From Candidatus Nanopelagicales bacterium (GTDB lineage Bacteria > Actinomycetota > Actinomycetes > S36-B12 > CAIYMF01): DNA of 48,997 bases. A program made the position numbers and the translations under genes. Under the pieces are notes generated by a model. It ran no database searches, was not told the origin of the DNA, and saw nothing but the letters and a program-made list of their open reading frames with translations. The DNA is taken from the NCBI GenBank assembly GCA_036375875.1, contig DASVBK010000246.1:1-48997 (forward strand). The letters are read 5' to 3'. Shown here piece by piece: positions 48,378-48,997 of the stretch; within the stretch, counting starts at the first letter, position 1, and every line of letters starts with the position of its first letter.

Positions 48378-48487
48378 CGTGCAGGCGCGAGCAGCCAGGA
48401 AATCGCCCGGGCCGGCGGCCGCGCCAGTCATCCACAGATGGCTGGCGCCACGGGTGCAGCCCGGCGATCCTGCGCCACGATGCGGCC

Positions 48488-48997
48488 ATGTCGCGCCGCC
48501 TGCCCCGCCCTGTCCTGCTGACCCCTGCCGGTGGCCGGCCCCTCGGTTGGGCGTGGGCCGGGGCCCTGGGCGTGGCGCTGCTGCTCGGTCTGTCGACACC
48601 GCCGGCGGCTGCGGGCGCACTGGTGATCGGGGCGGGCGACACGCGCGCCGACACGCGCGCCACCACGCCGTCCCGGCCACCCGGGAGTTGGGCAGCTGCC
48701 ACGGCCTCCGCCACCGCGCCCGGGCTCGATGCGTCCCGCTGGCGGCTGCCCCTGTGGCCGACCCGGGTCACCAGGGCGTTCGCCAACCCGCCGCACAACT
48801 GGCTGCCGGGGCACCGCGGCGTCGACCTGCGGGGCGTCCCGGGCGAGCCGGTGCGAGCGGCGGGCGCTGGTCGCGTCACGTTCGCAGCGAGGCTGGCGGG
48901 TCGTGGCGTCGTGGTGGTCGACCACGGCGAGCTGCGGACCACCTACGAGCCCGTCGAGGCGATCGTGCTGCCCGGGCAGCACGTGCGGCGCGGCGCG
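48488..48997 (+). CDS. M23 family metallopeptidase (peptidoglycan endopeptidase-like), N-terminal 170 codons; continues off the right edge
   Basis: The ATG at 48488 reads MSRRLPRPVLL..., followed by the signal/TM segment GWAWAGALGVALLLGL. The M23 motif PGHRGVDLRG and the sequence GRGVVVVDHGELRTTYEP follow. Divergent from rpsB, as in other actinobacteria. Not in the ORF track because it is open-ended. Confidence 0.8.
   Translation, partial: MSRRLPRPVLLTPAGGRPLGWAWAGALGVALLLGLSTPPAAAGALVIGAGDTRADTRATTPSRPPGSWAAATASATAPGLDASRWRLPLWPTRVTRAFANPPHNWLPGHRGVDLRGVPGEPVRAAGAGRVTFAARLAGRGVVVVDHGELRTTYEPVEAIVLPGQHVRRGA

Noticed and set aside
48338-48487. Possible c-di-AMP (ydaO-type) or other riboswitch upstream of the M23 cell-wall hydrolase gene
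   Set aside because: I could not find the conserved riboswitch core segments by eye. The region is short and shared with the rpsB promoter.

Overview
Very high-GC chromosomal segment, by eye well above 70% GC, with gene content and synteny typical of Actinomycetota (Micrococcales-like). Two conserved housekeeping blocks flank the window. On the left is ispG(5' end)-tauE-rseP-dxr. On the right is rlmN-cdsA-frr-pyrH-tsf-rpsB, plus a divergent M23 peptidase that runs off the edge. Between them lie about 38 kb of amine, amino-acid and organic-acid catabolism genes. These are gabT, a saccharopine-dehydrogenase-family gene with a divergent MarR, mmsA, and two DAO-type FAD oxidoreductases. There is also a potABCD-type polyamine ABC importer fused to an aminobutyraldehyde-type ALDH, and a second ALDH divergent from an lrp / omega-transaminase / split-barrel flavoprotein / oxidase operon. 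The rest are ldhA, a multicopper oxidase, putA, an MFS transporter, tesB, a gcdH / CoA-transferase / gntR operon and prpE. A membrane Ser/Thr kinase with a non-PASTA ectodomain sits among the amine genes. I found no rRNA, tRNA, CRISPR array, transposase, integrase or phage gene, and no recognisable defence or toxin-antitoxin system. Most long ORFs in the six-frame track are antisense shadow ORFs, as expected at this GC content. I cannot point to a clearly novel system. The most unusual items are: (1) the amine-catabolic supercluster with duplicated oxidase/ALDH modules, no gamma-glutamylation enzymes, and an embedded PNPOx-like flavoprotein; (2) several sharply defined AT-richer palindromes in divergent promoters, likely MarR and GntR operators; (3) a dense GCTCCC/GGGAGC hairpin cluster in a 354-bp convergent intergenic gap; (4) a repeat-built C-terminal extension of about 130 aa on ribosomal protein S2. 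All functional calls rest on motif recognition by eye. No database search was run.
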